From Mytilus trossulus (Eukaryota), in assembly GCF_036588685.1 (NCBI RefSeq), contig NC_086378.1, positions 88,164,001 to 88,228,000 of the forward strand: 64,000 nt of DNA, in the 5' to 3' direction. The notes below the pieces were generated by a model. The model was not told where the DNA came from. It worked only from the letters and a program-made list of their open reading frames with translations, and did no database searches. Positions 52,001-64,000 of this stretch are shown piece by piece. Position numbers and translations under genes: made by a program. Position 1 is the first letter of the stretch, and each line of letters opens with the position of its first letter.

Positions 52001-55000
52001 AGAATTTTTAAAATCCTTTTATTTGAAATTAAACAACATAAAAAAATATGGAATTGTATGTGACAATCATTCAAGTGGGAGGCTTAGCTAGTTGTAAAAC
52101 AGGATTAATCCACCATTTCTAAATAAGTCAAGTCTGTACCAAATGTGTGTGAAATTTGCCTGTGTAAGTTAGAAACATTTTCATATTCTAGGCTGAACTA
52201 TGATAAACGTACATTATTTTTAACGCACACTATATTTTTGCTTGTTTATTTACGTTTTAGTTGGGTCTTTACCCGATATGGTCTACCCTTCAAAAGACTG
52301 CAAAACAATACTGGTTGCTGTAGAGGCGGAGGCCTATCAAGATAATGGTAGAATTGTAGATCCAGAAGGTGGAGTCGGGATAATCAAAATTAAAAATGAC
52401 AAAGCAACGTATAAAAAGTTGGACTTCAAAGAATTCAATTCAAAGTAATTATGCAAAGTAATTTTCTATTTGTGTGCATTCTATTATTATTATTAGTGCT
52501 AGATAATACATCCTTAAACAATAATTGGTGGAAATAAATTTAAATTGAGTGTTTATTCAAGATAATTATAAATTGATTTATCGTTAATTGCTTTACGACC
52601 ATTTGCAAATAATTCATGCATATTTAGGACGATATTCCCTGTATCAAAGAATGGGGAAAACCTATATTTAGTGTGAATACAAGATAAAACTCAATTAAAC
52701 TAAAATTATTCTAAATTTAAGAAAAAATCTCGGCAAAAATAGCATGTCTTTGATGTTAATATATGATGACTGTTTTACAGATGGTCAGATTTAGAATCCA
52801 AGGGATTACGTTTTATACATAGAGTTAATAACAACAACTTCTCCAATGATGTGGAACCAGAATATATAGCATATAACAAAGATTATTCCAAAGCTTACGT
52901 TTGTCTTCAGGTAAACAGAATATTTAGCATATAACAAAGATTATACCAAAAACTTACATTTGTCTTCAGGTAACCAAAATATATAGCATATAACAAAGAC
53001 AATTCCAAAGCTTACGTTTGTCTTCATGTAACCAGAATATAAAGCATATAACAAAAAATATTTCAAAAGCTAACATGTGTCTTCAGAAAACCAGAATATA
53101 TAGATTATAACAAAGAATATTCCAAAGCTTACATCTGGCTTCAGGTAACCAGAATATATAGCACATAACAAAGATTATTCCATAGCTTACATCTGTCTTC
53201 AGGTAACCAGAATATATAGCATCAAACAAAGATTATTCCAAAGCTTACATCTGTCTTCAGGTAACCAGAATATATAGCATCAAACAAAGATTATTCCATA
53301 GCTTACATGTGTCTTCAGGTAACCAGAATATATAGCATATAACAAAGATTATTCCATAGCTTACATCTGTCTTCAGGAAACCAGAATATATAGCATATAA
53401 CAAAGATTATTCCAAAGCTTACATCTAACTTCAGGTAACCAGAATATATAGCATCAAACAAAGATTATTCCAAAGCTTACATCTGTCTTCAGGTAACCAG
53501 AATATATAGCATATAACAAAGATTATTCCATAGCTTACATGTGTCTTCAGGTAACCAGAATATATAGCATATAACAAAGATTATTCCATAGCTTACATCT
53601 GTCTTCAGGAAACCAGAATATATAGCATCAAACAAAGATTATTCCATAGCTTACATCTGTCTTCAGGTAACCAGAATATATAGCATATAACAAAGATTAT
53701 TCCAAAGCTTACATGTGTCTTCAGGTAACCAGAATATATAGCATATAACAAAGATTATTCCAAAGCTTACATGTGTTTTCAGGTAACCAGAATATATAGC
53801 ATATAACAAAGATTATTCCAAAGCTTACATCTGTCTTCAGGTAACCAGAATATATAGCATATAACAAAGATTATACCATAGCTTACATGTGTCTTCAGGT
53901 AACCAGAATATATAGCATATAACAAAGATTATTCCATAGCTTACATCTGTCTTCAGGTAACCAGAATATTTAGCATATAACAAAGATTATTCCATAGCTT
54001 ACATGTGTCTTCAGGTAACCAGAATATATAGCATATAACAAAGATTATTCCATAGCTTACATCTGTCTTCAGGTAACCAGAATATATAGCATATAACAAA
54101 GATTATTCTAAAGCTTACATCTGTCTTCAGGTAACCAGAATATATAGCATCAAACAAAGATTATTCCAAAGCTTACATGTGTCTTCAGGTAACCAGAATA
54201 TATAGCATATAACAAAGATTATTCCAAAGCTTACATCTGTCTTCAGGTAACCAGAATATATAGCATCAAACAAAGATTATTCCAAAGCTTACATGTGTTT
54301 TCAGGTAACCAGAATATATAGCACATAACAAAGATTATTCCAAAGCTTACATCTGTCTTCAGGTAACCAGAATATATAGCATATAACAAAGATTATTCCA
54401 TAGCTTACATCTGTCTTCAGGTAACCAGAATATATAGCATCAAACAAAGATTATTCCATAGCTTACATGTGTCTTCAGGTAACCAGAATATATAGCATAT
54501 AACAAAAATTATTCCATAGCTAATGTGTGTCTTCAGGTAACCAGAATATATAGCACATAACAAAGATTATTCCATAGCTTACATCTGTCTTCAGGTAACC
54601 AGAATATATAGCATATAACAAAGATTATTCCATAGCTTACATCTGTCTTCAGGTAACCAGAATATATAGCATCAAACAAAGATTATTCCATAGCTTACAT
54701 GTGTCTTCAGGTAACCAGAATATATAGCATATAACAAAAATTATTCCATAGCTAATGTGTGTCTTCAGGTAACCAGAATATATAGCACATAACAAAGATT
54801 ATTCCAAAGCTTACATCTGTCTTCAGGTAACCAGAATATATAGCATATAACAAAGATTATTCCATAGCTTACATCTGTCTTCAGGTAACCAGAATATATA
54901 GCATCAAACAAAGATTATTCCATAGCTTACATGTGTCTTCAGGTAACCAGAATATATAGCATATAACAAAAATTATTCCATAGCTAATGTGTGTCTTCAG

Positions 55001-58000
55001 GTAACCAGAATATATAGCACATAACAAAGATTATTCCATAGCTTACATCTGTCTTCAGGTAACCAGAATATATAGCATCAAACAAAGATTATTCTAAAGC
55101 TTACATCTGTCTTCAGGTAACCAGAATATATAGCACATAACAAAGATTATTCCATAGCTTACATCTGTCTTCAGGTAACCAGAATATATAGCATCAAACA
55201 AAGATTATTCCATAGCTTACATCTGTCTTCAGGTAACCAGAATATATAGCATATAACAAAGATTATTCCAAAGCTTACATCTGTCTTCAGGTAACCAGAA
55301 TATATAGCACATAACAAAGATTATTCCATAGCTTACATCTGTCTTCAGGTAACCAGAATATATAGCATCAAACAAAGATTATTCCATAGCTTACATCTGT
55401 CTTCAGGTAACCAGAATATATAGCATATAACAAAGATTATTCCAAAGCTTACATCTGTCTTCAGGTAACCAGAATATATAGCATATGACAAAGATTATTC
55501 CATAGCTTACATCTGTCTTCAGGTAACCAGAATATATAGCATATAACAAAGATTATTCCATAGCTTACATCTGTCTTCAGGAAACCAGAATATATAGCAT
55601 CAAACAAAGAATATTCCAAAGCTTACATCTGTCTTCAGGTAACCAGAATATATAGCATCAAACAAAGATTATTCCATAGCTTACATCTGTCTTCAGGTAA
55701 CCAGAATATATAGCATATAACAAAAATTATTCCATAGCTTACATCTGTCTTCAGGTAACCAGAATATATAGCATCAAACAAAGATTATTCCATAGCTTAC
55801 ATGTGTCTTCAGGTAACCAGAATATATAGCATCAAACAAAGATTATTCCAAAGCTTACATCTGTCTTCAGGTAACCAGAATATATAGCATCAAACAAAGA
55901 TTATTCCAAAGCTTACATCTGTCTTCAGGTAACCAGAATATATAGCATATGACAAAGATTATTCCATAGCTTACATCTGTCTTCAGGTAACCAGAATATA
56001 TAGCATCAAACAAAGATTATTCCAAAGCTTACATCTGTCTTCAGGTAACCAGAATATATAGCATATGACAAAGATTATTCCATAGCTTACATCTGTCTTC
56101 AGGTAACCAGAATATATAGCACATAACAAAGATTATTCCATAGCTTACATGTGTCTTCAGGTAACCAGAATATATAGCATATAACAAAGATTATTCCATA
56201 GCTTACATCTGTCTTCAGGTAACCAGAATATATAGCATATAACAAAGATTATTCTAAAGCTTACATCTGTCTTCAGGTAACCAAAATATATAGCATCAAA
56301 CAAAGATTATTCCATAGCTAATGTGTGTATTCAGGTAACCAGAAGATATAGCATATAATAAAAATTATTCCATAGCTTACATCTGTCTTCAGGTAACCAG
56401 AATATATAGCATCAAACAAAGATTATTCCATAGCTTACATCTGTCTTCAGGTAACCAGAATATATAGCATATAACAAAAATTATTCCATAGCTTACATCT
56501 GTCTTCAGGTAACCAGAATATATAGCATCAAACAAAGATTATTCCATAGCTTACATGTGTCTTCAGGTAACCAGAATATATAGCATCAAACAAAGATTAT
56601 TCCAAAGCTTACATCTGTCTTCAGGTAACCAGAATATATAGCATCAAACAAAGATTATTCCAAAGCTTACATCTGTCTTCAGGTAACCAGAATATATAGC
56701 ATATGACAAAGATTATTCCATAGCTTACATCTGTCTTCAGGTAACCAGAATATATAGCATCAAACAAAGATTATTCCAAAGCTTACATCTGTCTTCAGGT
56801 AACCAGAATATATAGCATATGACAAAGATTATTCCATAGCTTACATCTGTCTTCAGGTAACCAGAATATATAGCATCAAACAAAGATTATTCCAAAGCTT
56901 ACATCTGTCTTCAGGTAACCAGAATATATAGCATATGACAAAGATTATTCCATAGCTTACATCTGTCTTCAGGTAACCAGAATATATAGCACATAACAAA
57001 GATTATTCCATAGCTTACATGTGTCTTCAGGTAACCAGAATATATAGCATATAACAAAGATTATTCCATAGCTTACATCTGTCTTCAGGTAACCAGAATA
57101 TATAGCATATAACAAAGATTATTCTAAAGCTTACATCTGTCTTCAGGTAACCAAAATATATAGCATATAACAAAGATTATTCCAAAGCTAATGTGTGTCT
57201 TCAGGTAACCAGAATATATAGCATATAACAAAGATTATTCCAAAGCTAATGTGTGTATTCAGGTAACCAGAAGATATAGCATATAATAAAAATTATTCCA
57301 AAGCTAACATTTGTCTTCAGGTAACCAGAATATATAGCATATAACAAAGATTATTCCAAAGCTTACATTTGTTTTCAGGTTATTATTTTAATTGATTTTA
57401 TATTATACTAGTCTTATATTTACATCCCAGAATGAAAAAAGAATGTTTGCCCATTTTGATTCCTTTAAAAATGTGGGATCTAGAATAAAAAAGGGCATCG
57501 TGTCGTCATCAAACTACGACATCAACATCGAAGAGAAAACATCGAACATGGTCCAAGACATGCGTTCAATGTTGATCCAAGACATGCGTTCAATGTTGGT
57601 CCAAGACATGCGTTCAATGTTGGTCCAAGACATGCGTTCACTGTTGGTCCAAGACATGCGTTCAATGTTGGTCCAAGACATGTGTGTTCAATGTTGGTCC
57701 AAGACATGTGTTCAATGTTGGTCCAAGACATGTGTTCAATGTTGGTCCAAGACATGTGTTCAATGTTGGTCCAAGACATGCGTTAAATGTTGGTCCAAGA
57801 CATGTGTTCAATGTTGGTCTAATACTGAACGTGGTTATAAAACATGGAATTCAATGCCGGATACAAACAAAGACATAAACAGACAGAGAAAAACACTGAC
57901 AACATGTATTGCTTCAGACAGTCCCGTTAAAAAATATAAAACTGTTCAACCGTCCTTGTATTACTCAATAGAAAAACCAGATAAAAACCATAAAAAGGAA

Positions 58001-61000
58001 CAACGCACAGGAATTAAAAACCAAACACAGAAACTTTTATCAGTCATATCGGCTTTACACTTGACCTAATTTTTATCCATTGAAGTGAGCAATTTTTGAA
58101 AAGCAACTGAATATTGAATTTATTGTATTTATCAGCAATTGATTGGTGTCTGAAAATAACACAGTTTGTGAGTCAGGATTTATGCGATCTGTTTTAAGGC
58201 TTGAGCTTTCCATTGCTTCAATAAAGATTTGTAACGTTTGTTTTATGCAGGAGAATAATGCAATAGCTGTCGTGGACATTGCTACAGAAACCATAGAAGA
58301 TATATTACCATTAGGTTACAAGTCATGGGAAAAACTTATGATAGACCCAAGTGACAAAGATGGTATGTTATTGAAATTTCGTGAGGCTCTTTTCGTAAAA
58401 ACTGTAAAGCTGTTTAATTTTTTTTAAAATGTATCTTGCACACATTTTCGAATCTTTATGCACGAGTAAGTTAGTACTCAGTTTTGTGAAATATATTTTC
58501 TAACGACAAGATAAAGGATCTGCTTACCCTTCCGGATCACATGAAATCACTCCCGGTTTTGGTAAGGGTTCTTGTTGTAATTGTTCCCCTATTTATGACA
58601 TTTTGTTCACGCATTGTTGTCAATATAATGGAATTTGATGCGACTGTCGTTCAAGTGAGAGGTTTTGCGCTAAAAAAAACAGGTTCAATTCATCATTTTT
58701 TACGTTTGAAATGTCTGTTCCAAGTCAGGAATTTGTCAGTTGTTGTCCATTCATCATTTGATGAGTTGTATTATTTGATTTTGCCATTTGATTAGGGAAT
58801 TTCCACTTTGAATTTTCTTTGGAGTTAGTATTTTTGTGATTTTACATTTTGTAGAACATACAAACAAATAAAAGGCAGTCAAATTATCAAATAATGTATC
58901 ATACACTTTGTGAATTTTGAAATCTAGTTCCGAACTTAAAGATTCAATTATCGGTATTCTTCATGCGGATTTTTTTCTCAATGATTAATTTTACACGGAT
59001 TTCTAATCTCTTCATTCTTGTAAAACGTCTTCAAGTTTTGATAAAACATGTCAAATCTTCGATTTTTAAATTTGAAACGAAACTTAGTAAAGATTTTTGT
59101 ATTCTTTAGGAGGTATAAATATGAGATCCTGGCCAATCTATGGCATGTACCAACCTGATACTATCCACGTGATATATGTTGCGGGAAAAGGTTACCTAGT
59201 GACCTCTAATGAAGGTGATTTTAAGGATTACTCAGACTTGGGAGGATTTAATGAAGAAGAACGTGTTCGAGATGTCATCTTATCAGGTATTAAACAATTA
59301 AAAAATCACTTTATCATGCGTTTGAAGCCTATCCCGGAGATACCTCTATCAGAAACATTCGAAGTCGAACAATTAAATGCAAAGGGACTTCAAGAATCAA
59401 AACAGTTGAAGGGTTATCAGAACAAAAAGGACACACATGATCAACTTTACCGTACCGATTATTATTATAAACACTGATGATTAGAATTTAGTTAATAAGA
59501 AATTATGAGGAGTTAGTGGTTTTATTTTATATCATGTTCAAGAATATTGGACATTTCCAAGCGAGATAACCCAATTTGTTTAAGAAGTTTTTATAAAAAC
59601 TCTGATAGTTTTAAATTGCCTACCGAGATATAATATTATTATGGCACATAGTATCTCATATGTGTATTTAAATTAAGTCTTTATAATTTTGGTAAATTGA
59701 CATAACCTCGGTTTTGAATGTATCTATGTTAATGTTCTTAACATGCTTTGTTTAAGGGCCATGAATATTAACTATTTAATTGTTCTATCTTTTTTCAGAA
59801 AATTCTTCAATTGTCAAATGGGCTGCTGACAACAACCTTTCTACGACTATCCAAGATGATAACATGCTTGGTAAAATGTTTTAACTTATAAAGGAATAAA
59901 GGAATGGTTTGCATGAAACATACATTAGCTTGTGACAAGTCACGTTCGCTTATGCTCCAATCGTGGAAAAGAGAACTGGAAAGTGGCTGTGACGAGTGTT
60001 ACATATCTGTTGTAGTCTATGACACGTACGTTTGTTCATGATGGCATTGGTCAAAATTTAGAAATAACTTTGCAATATATTTCCCTTGGTTGAGAAGCCT
60101 CGAGCTCTGTGTTGACAGTAATAAATGTTCAGAGAAATCATGATAGGAGGTGTAATCTGAAATATCGTATCGATCGGGAGATTTAAAGGTTTTTTTTTAA
60201 TTTTAGGTCGGTTAAAAATAACCAATATGAATGGTAGAAATAAAAATGGAACATATGACGAACTATATGCGTTTGGGGGAAGAGGTTTCTCCATACGCAA
60301 ACTAGAAACAATGGAGCTCGTGTTCGATAGTGGAGACCAGTTTGAAAAGCTTCACCAACAATACATACCTCTGTTGTTTAACAATAATGGCGGGAAGGAA
60401 AGTAAAACAGTCAAACAGACATTTGACACTAGGTCAGACGATAAGGTATATATAGAATAACCTTTCATTTTCTCGCAATATAAATGTTATTTGTACAAGG
60501 CTAAGAAACTGGCAGAAAGCGAGGCTGTGTATTCCGTAGATATCATGAAAGACATTTGTTTTAACAATTTTATAGAAGCTACTTTTACCATAAGCCACCA
60601 CCCAGATGTTCGGTCTTACAACAATTTTACACATGATTCATAGTTATCGGACGTTTTATTCATAAGGTATTCGGGCATGGGCAATATGTTACGTGGTCCA
60701 AATCAGAATGTCTCCCGTTTGATGGAAATCGCTAAGATGAAAAACATTTTAACAACGCATTATAAAATATTAAAACACCACCTCAAGCGTCCAACGTGCT
60801 TTTCTCAAAGTAAAAGCAAAGGATTATGCAAACCCTTATATTATCAAAAGGGACCAAAAATATTAGCAAAATCCATCAAAAGTCAACTTTTTCTTAGGAT
60901 GTTGAAACATTTAAAACAAATTTGTATTTTTGATGGGGTTCGTGTTGTTTATTCTTTAGTTTTCTATGTTGTGTCATGTGTACTATTGTTTTTCTGTTTG

Positions 61001-62837
61001 TCTTTTTCATTTTTAGCCATGGCGTTGTCAGTTTGTTTTAGATTTACGAGTTTGACTGTCCCTTTGGTATCTTTCGTCCCTCTTTTTGTATTCATAGACG
61101 GACAATTTTGAAAATGTCTGTTTTGAAGCACTAACTACTGAGCTTACGATACCATTGATAGACCACCAGCGGCGGTATCGACTTAGTGCTGTAAACAATG
61201 AACATGATTAGTATTGATATATTTCAGATACTTTAGTGAAATAAAAGCAGATATCAACTACAATGGACCTCCGAACGTATCTATTTCCAAATAATTTAAA
61301 AAAAAAATCATTTATAATACAAGTAACGCTTTGGTCTTAACTCCTCGAGTACTTATACACGCTTAGCGTTATCGATTCAAGCGATTCTTATATATTGCAA
61401 CGTTCGTCTCAAAATACCTGTACCAATTTCATCTGACAACGAAAAAAAATTTACTTGTTTTATATATGATATACTTTACTGACATTATTTTGAAGGGTCT
61501 CGAGAGTGAAAGTCTAGCAGTTGCTCATATTGGGAATACAGTTTTATTATTCATTGGAAACGAACGACCTGGTACTATATGTATTTATAAGATAACAGGA
61601 GATGCCTCTAGGCCAGAATTTCAAAGTATATGGAACGGTGTTGGAGAAACCGATAACAAATGGGAAGAGCTTTATGAGAGAAGGATGTTAAGTGGAATAG
61701 ATCCCGAGGACTTAAGGTTGGTATTAAAACGAGACTGATATAGCAACAACAAAAAAACTAGTAAAGCGAGCTACTGTTTTGTTTTAGAAATGAACCAAAC
61801 TAATTCTTGTAGAAAATTGGCTCCAAAAAGCGTTCTTGATTTACTTAGTAGAACGGTCGTTCTCCACTAAAAAGCCCACTAGAATTCATAAATTTCTTAT
61901 AAAACTATTTAAAAACAACTTAAAGAAAAGAATTTTCACTATCCAATCTATCCCCTTGGTCTGGATGTCTTTCATCTTACAGAAGTTTTTTTTTTTTTTT
62001 AAAGTTTCGGAATATAGTTTCGAATTCATTCTGTAGCATGAAAACGTTTTGTTTTTTAATTTATTCGTTAATTTTAGATAATTGTTTGGAAACAAAGATT
62101 ACAACTCCTCCAGACAAAAGGTAGACATTAGGGTAATTCGGCTATGCTTTCGATGGTCTATTCTGGTCATACAGCTCCTCCCGTGTTCGGGAATTTACAC
62201 ATTCTATGTTTAGGTTATAATATTGTTCTAAATGAATAATGATACTATTTCAGATACATTCCCGCTGAACAAAGTCCAAATAAGCAGCATATATTAACAG
62301 CTGCTGGCACTGTTAGTGGAACCTTTTCCATGTTTACAATAAAAGGTATTAATGGTGAGTATTTATAAAGACTACGTATATCACATGAAATTTAAGGTTA
62401 AATAGACAGATAGCAATCAAACGACACAAAAAATACGTAAGACATCAACACACAGTCACCAACACTCGAAAAGAGTGTACTTTAAATATGTCGATCATTT
62501 CCCGATTTTAATTTTAAAATTGTCGAAGAAGTACTGAAGATAACCAATGAGTAAATATCTTTCATAGATATGAATGGCTAATTAGCCCACCTGATCTAAT
62601 TCTTTATTTTTTGTTGAAAAAGACAGGATGATAGTTCATCTGTATTTATGTTTTCAACTATTCCAGCGTCAAAACATACAAGAGCATAGAAGATATATTA
62701 ATTACTAGTATCAAACTCAATTCAAACACGTATCCTCTACATTTGATAATAGATAAATTAATTATATGGATATTTATTGTTTGTAGAACACAATTCGGGA
62801 GTGGCGCCCACGGATAAGGCAGGCAGCTTAAATATAG
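49026..62837 (+). CDS. msp130-like mesenchyme-specific cell-surface glycoprotein (bacterial alkaline phosphatase / choice-of-anchor-I related); 3' end probably beyond the window
   Basis: Exons 49026-49236 (signal peptide), 51424-51642, 52261-52444, 52781-52910, 58251-58362, 59110-59286, 59799-59870, 60207-60445, 61496-61716, 62254-62354 and probably 62787-62837, all phase-compatible. Motifs GSLPDM, DPEGGV, EPEYI, LQENNAIAVVD, DPSDKDGG, GMYQPD, TSNEGD, AFGGRGFSI, FDSGD, FDTRSDDKGLESE, GNERPG, DPEDL. Confidence 0.88.
49815..49858 (-). ncRNA. Intact type I minimal hammerhead ribozyme (second retrozyme-like family, about 49792-50098)
   Basis: GCAUCA-CUGAAGA-GACA(UGUAU)UGUC-GAAA-UGCGCA-UC-UGGUGC: full catalytic core, three stems, palindromic stem III. 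Confidence 0.8.
52853..57380 (+). repeat. 58-bp minisatellite (about 77 intronic copies) derived from the 3' end of msp130-like exon 4 plus its GT donor
   Basis: Unit GTAACCAGAATATATAGCATATAACAAAGATTATTCCA(A/T)AGCTTACATCTGTCTTCAG. Span 52911-57378 is 4468 nt, about 77 units. The unit matches exon codons EPEYIAYNKDYSKAYVCLQ. Confidence 0.96.
57548..57820 (+). repeat. 24-bp minisatellite (about 11 copies)
   Basis: GGTCCAAGACATG(C/T)GTTCAATGTT in tandem, with one 2-nt insertion mid-array. Confidence 0.92.
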
Positions 62838-64000
62838 GTAGGTTTGCCGTTTTTGAAAAAATATTCAATTTGCAGCTTTGGCATGTAAACCTATAAATCT
62901 TTATGTAATATCATATTTGTATAAGAGGTGGAGAGAAAAATATTGAACAAAAATAACGAACTCCAATGTAAATTCAAAATTAAAGAGGGAAGTCCATAAA
63001 AGCCGACAAAATCTAACATTAAGCTTTATTAATAATTGTTTAAAAAGTAAAATCACAAAAATGCTGAACTTAGAGGAAAATCTATTCGGAAAGTCCATAA
63101 TCACATGCCAAAATCAAATAACAAAACGCATCAAAAACAAATGGACAAGAACTTAAATACTTTGCAAACTGCATTAGATGATCATGTTCTGATAAGTTTA
63201 TGAAGCTTATATTTTGTAAAAACTGTGTCCAATATTATTTCAAAATAGAACACACGATTGGTAGTGACAAAACATTGACCAAATGCTGTTTGACACAGTT
63301 GAAATTTTGGAAAATGGATAGTTTAACACAATGTGAAGCGGTAATATCTATGACAAAACAGATTGATTAATTATTATGTTTTACACAATAAAGGCAACAG
63401 TAGTACACCGCTGTTCTAAAACCATAAATCGATTGATAGAAAGCAAACCCGGGTTACAAACTAGAACCGAATGCAACACATCAACCAAAAGAATAAACAA
63501 CAGAACAACACAAACACTGAAGTACAACAAAACAAACGCCAACAAAATACATAGAGACGAAGTATTTGATAACAAATGCAATATTTTTGACCTGGTACAG
63601 GGACCTAACATAATTGTTTGATTCGAATATAAAAAAAAATAGTCTAGAAATATGAAGAATTGTAAATACAATTGAGAACGGAAATTATGAATGTGCCAAA
63701 GCGACAACAACCCGACCATAGAGCAGACAACAGCCGAAGGCCTCCAATGGGTCTATATGTCAGTATAACACAAGAGGGACGAAAGATACCAAAGGGACAG
63801 TCAAACTCATAAATCTAAAACAAACTGACAACGCCAGTGCTAAAAATGAAAAAGACAAACAGAAAAACAATAGTACACATGACACAACATAGAAAACTAA
63901 AGAATAAACAACACGAACCCCATCAAAAACTAGGGGTGATCTCAGGTGCTCCGGAAGGGTAAGCAGATCCTGCTCCACATGCGGCACCCGTCGTGTTGCT

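Noticed and set aside
52911-57378. CRISPR-like array
   Set aside because: Units abut with no unique spacers, the context is a eukaryotic intron, there are no cas genes, and the unit derives from the host exon.
57392-58069. 225-aa ORF with VQDMRSML / CVQCWSKT repeats
   Set aside because: Produced by a stop-free 24-bp minisatellite inside an intron; the flanks have no recognisable domain.

Overview
AT-rich, intron-rich animal genomic DNA. The repeat families and gene content point to a bivalve mollusc, probably Mytilus (inference). Four spliced genes can be rebuilt by hand with consistent GT-AG phases: (1) DHRS1-like short-chain dehydrogenase, minus strand, 398-9768, 3' end outside the window; (2) an adhesion-class 7TM receptor with no visible ectodomain or GAIN/GPS, minus strand, 19248-29125; (3) a type II membrane protein with three TSP1 repeats and a C-type lectin domain, minus strand, 35303-44000; (4) an msp130-like (bacterial alkaline-phosphatase-related) glycoprotein, plus strand, from 49026 to at least 62837. 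Mobile DNA includes a decayed DIRS retrotransposon, a fossil AcademX-like transposon, truncated Naiad-type Penelope-like elements (three carrying SECIS-like hairpins), hammerhead retrozyme-like repeats, HINE/MITE-like elements and a probable solo LTR. Two observations stand out. First, two unrelated genes each have an exon end plus its splice donor tandemly amplified into the next intron (about 77 x 58 bp and 7 x 95 bp). Second, the adhesion GPCR appears to start translation exactly at a Stachel-like tethered-agonist sequence, just downstream of a same-strand gene encoding only adhesion modules. Most short ORFs in the supplied track are spurious. All coordinates were read manually and may be off by a few bases.
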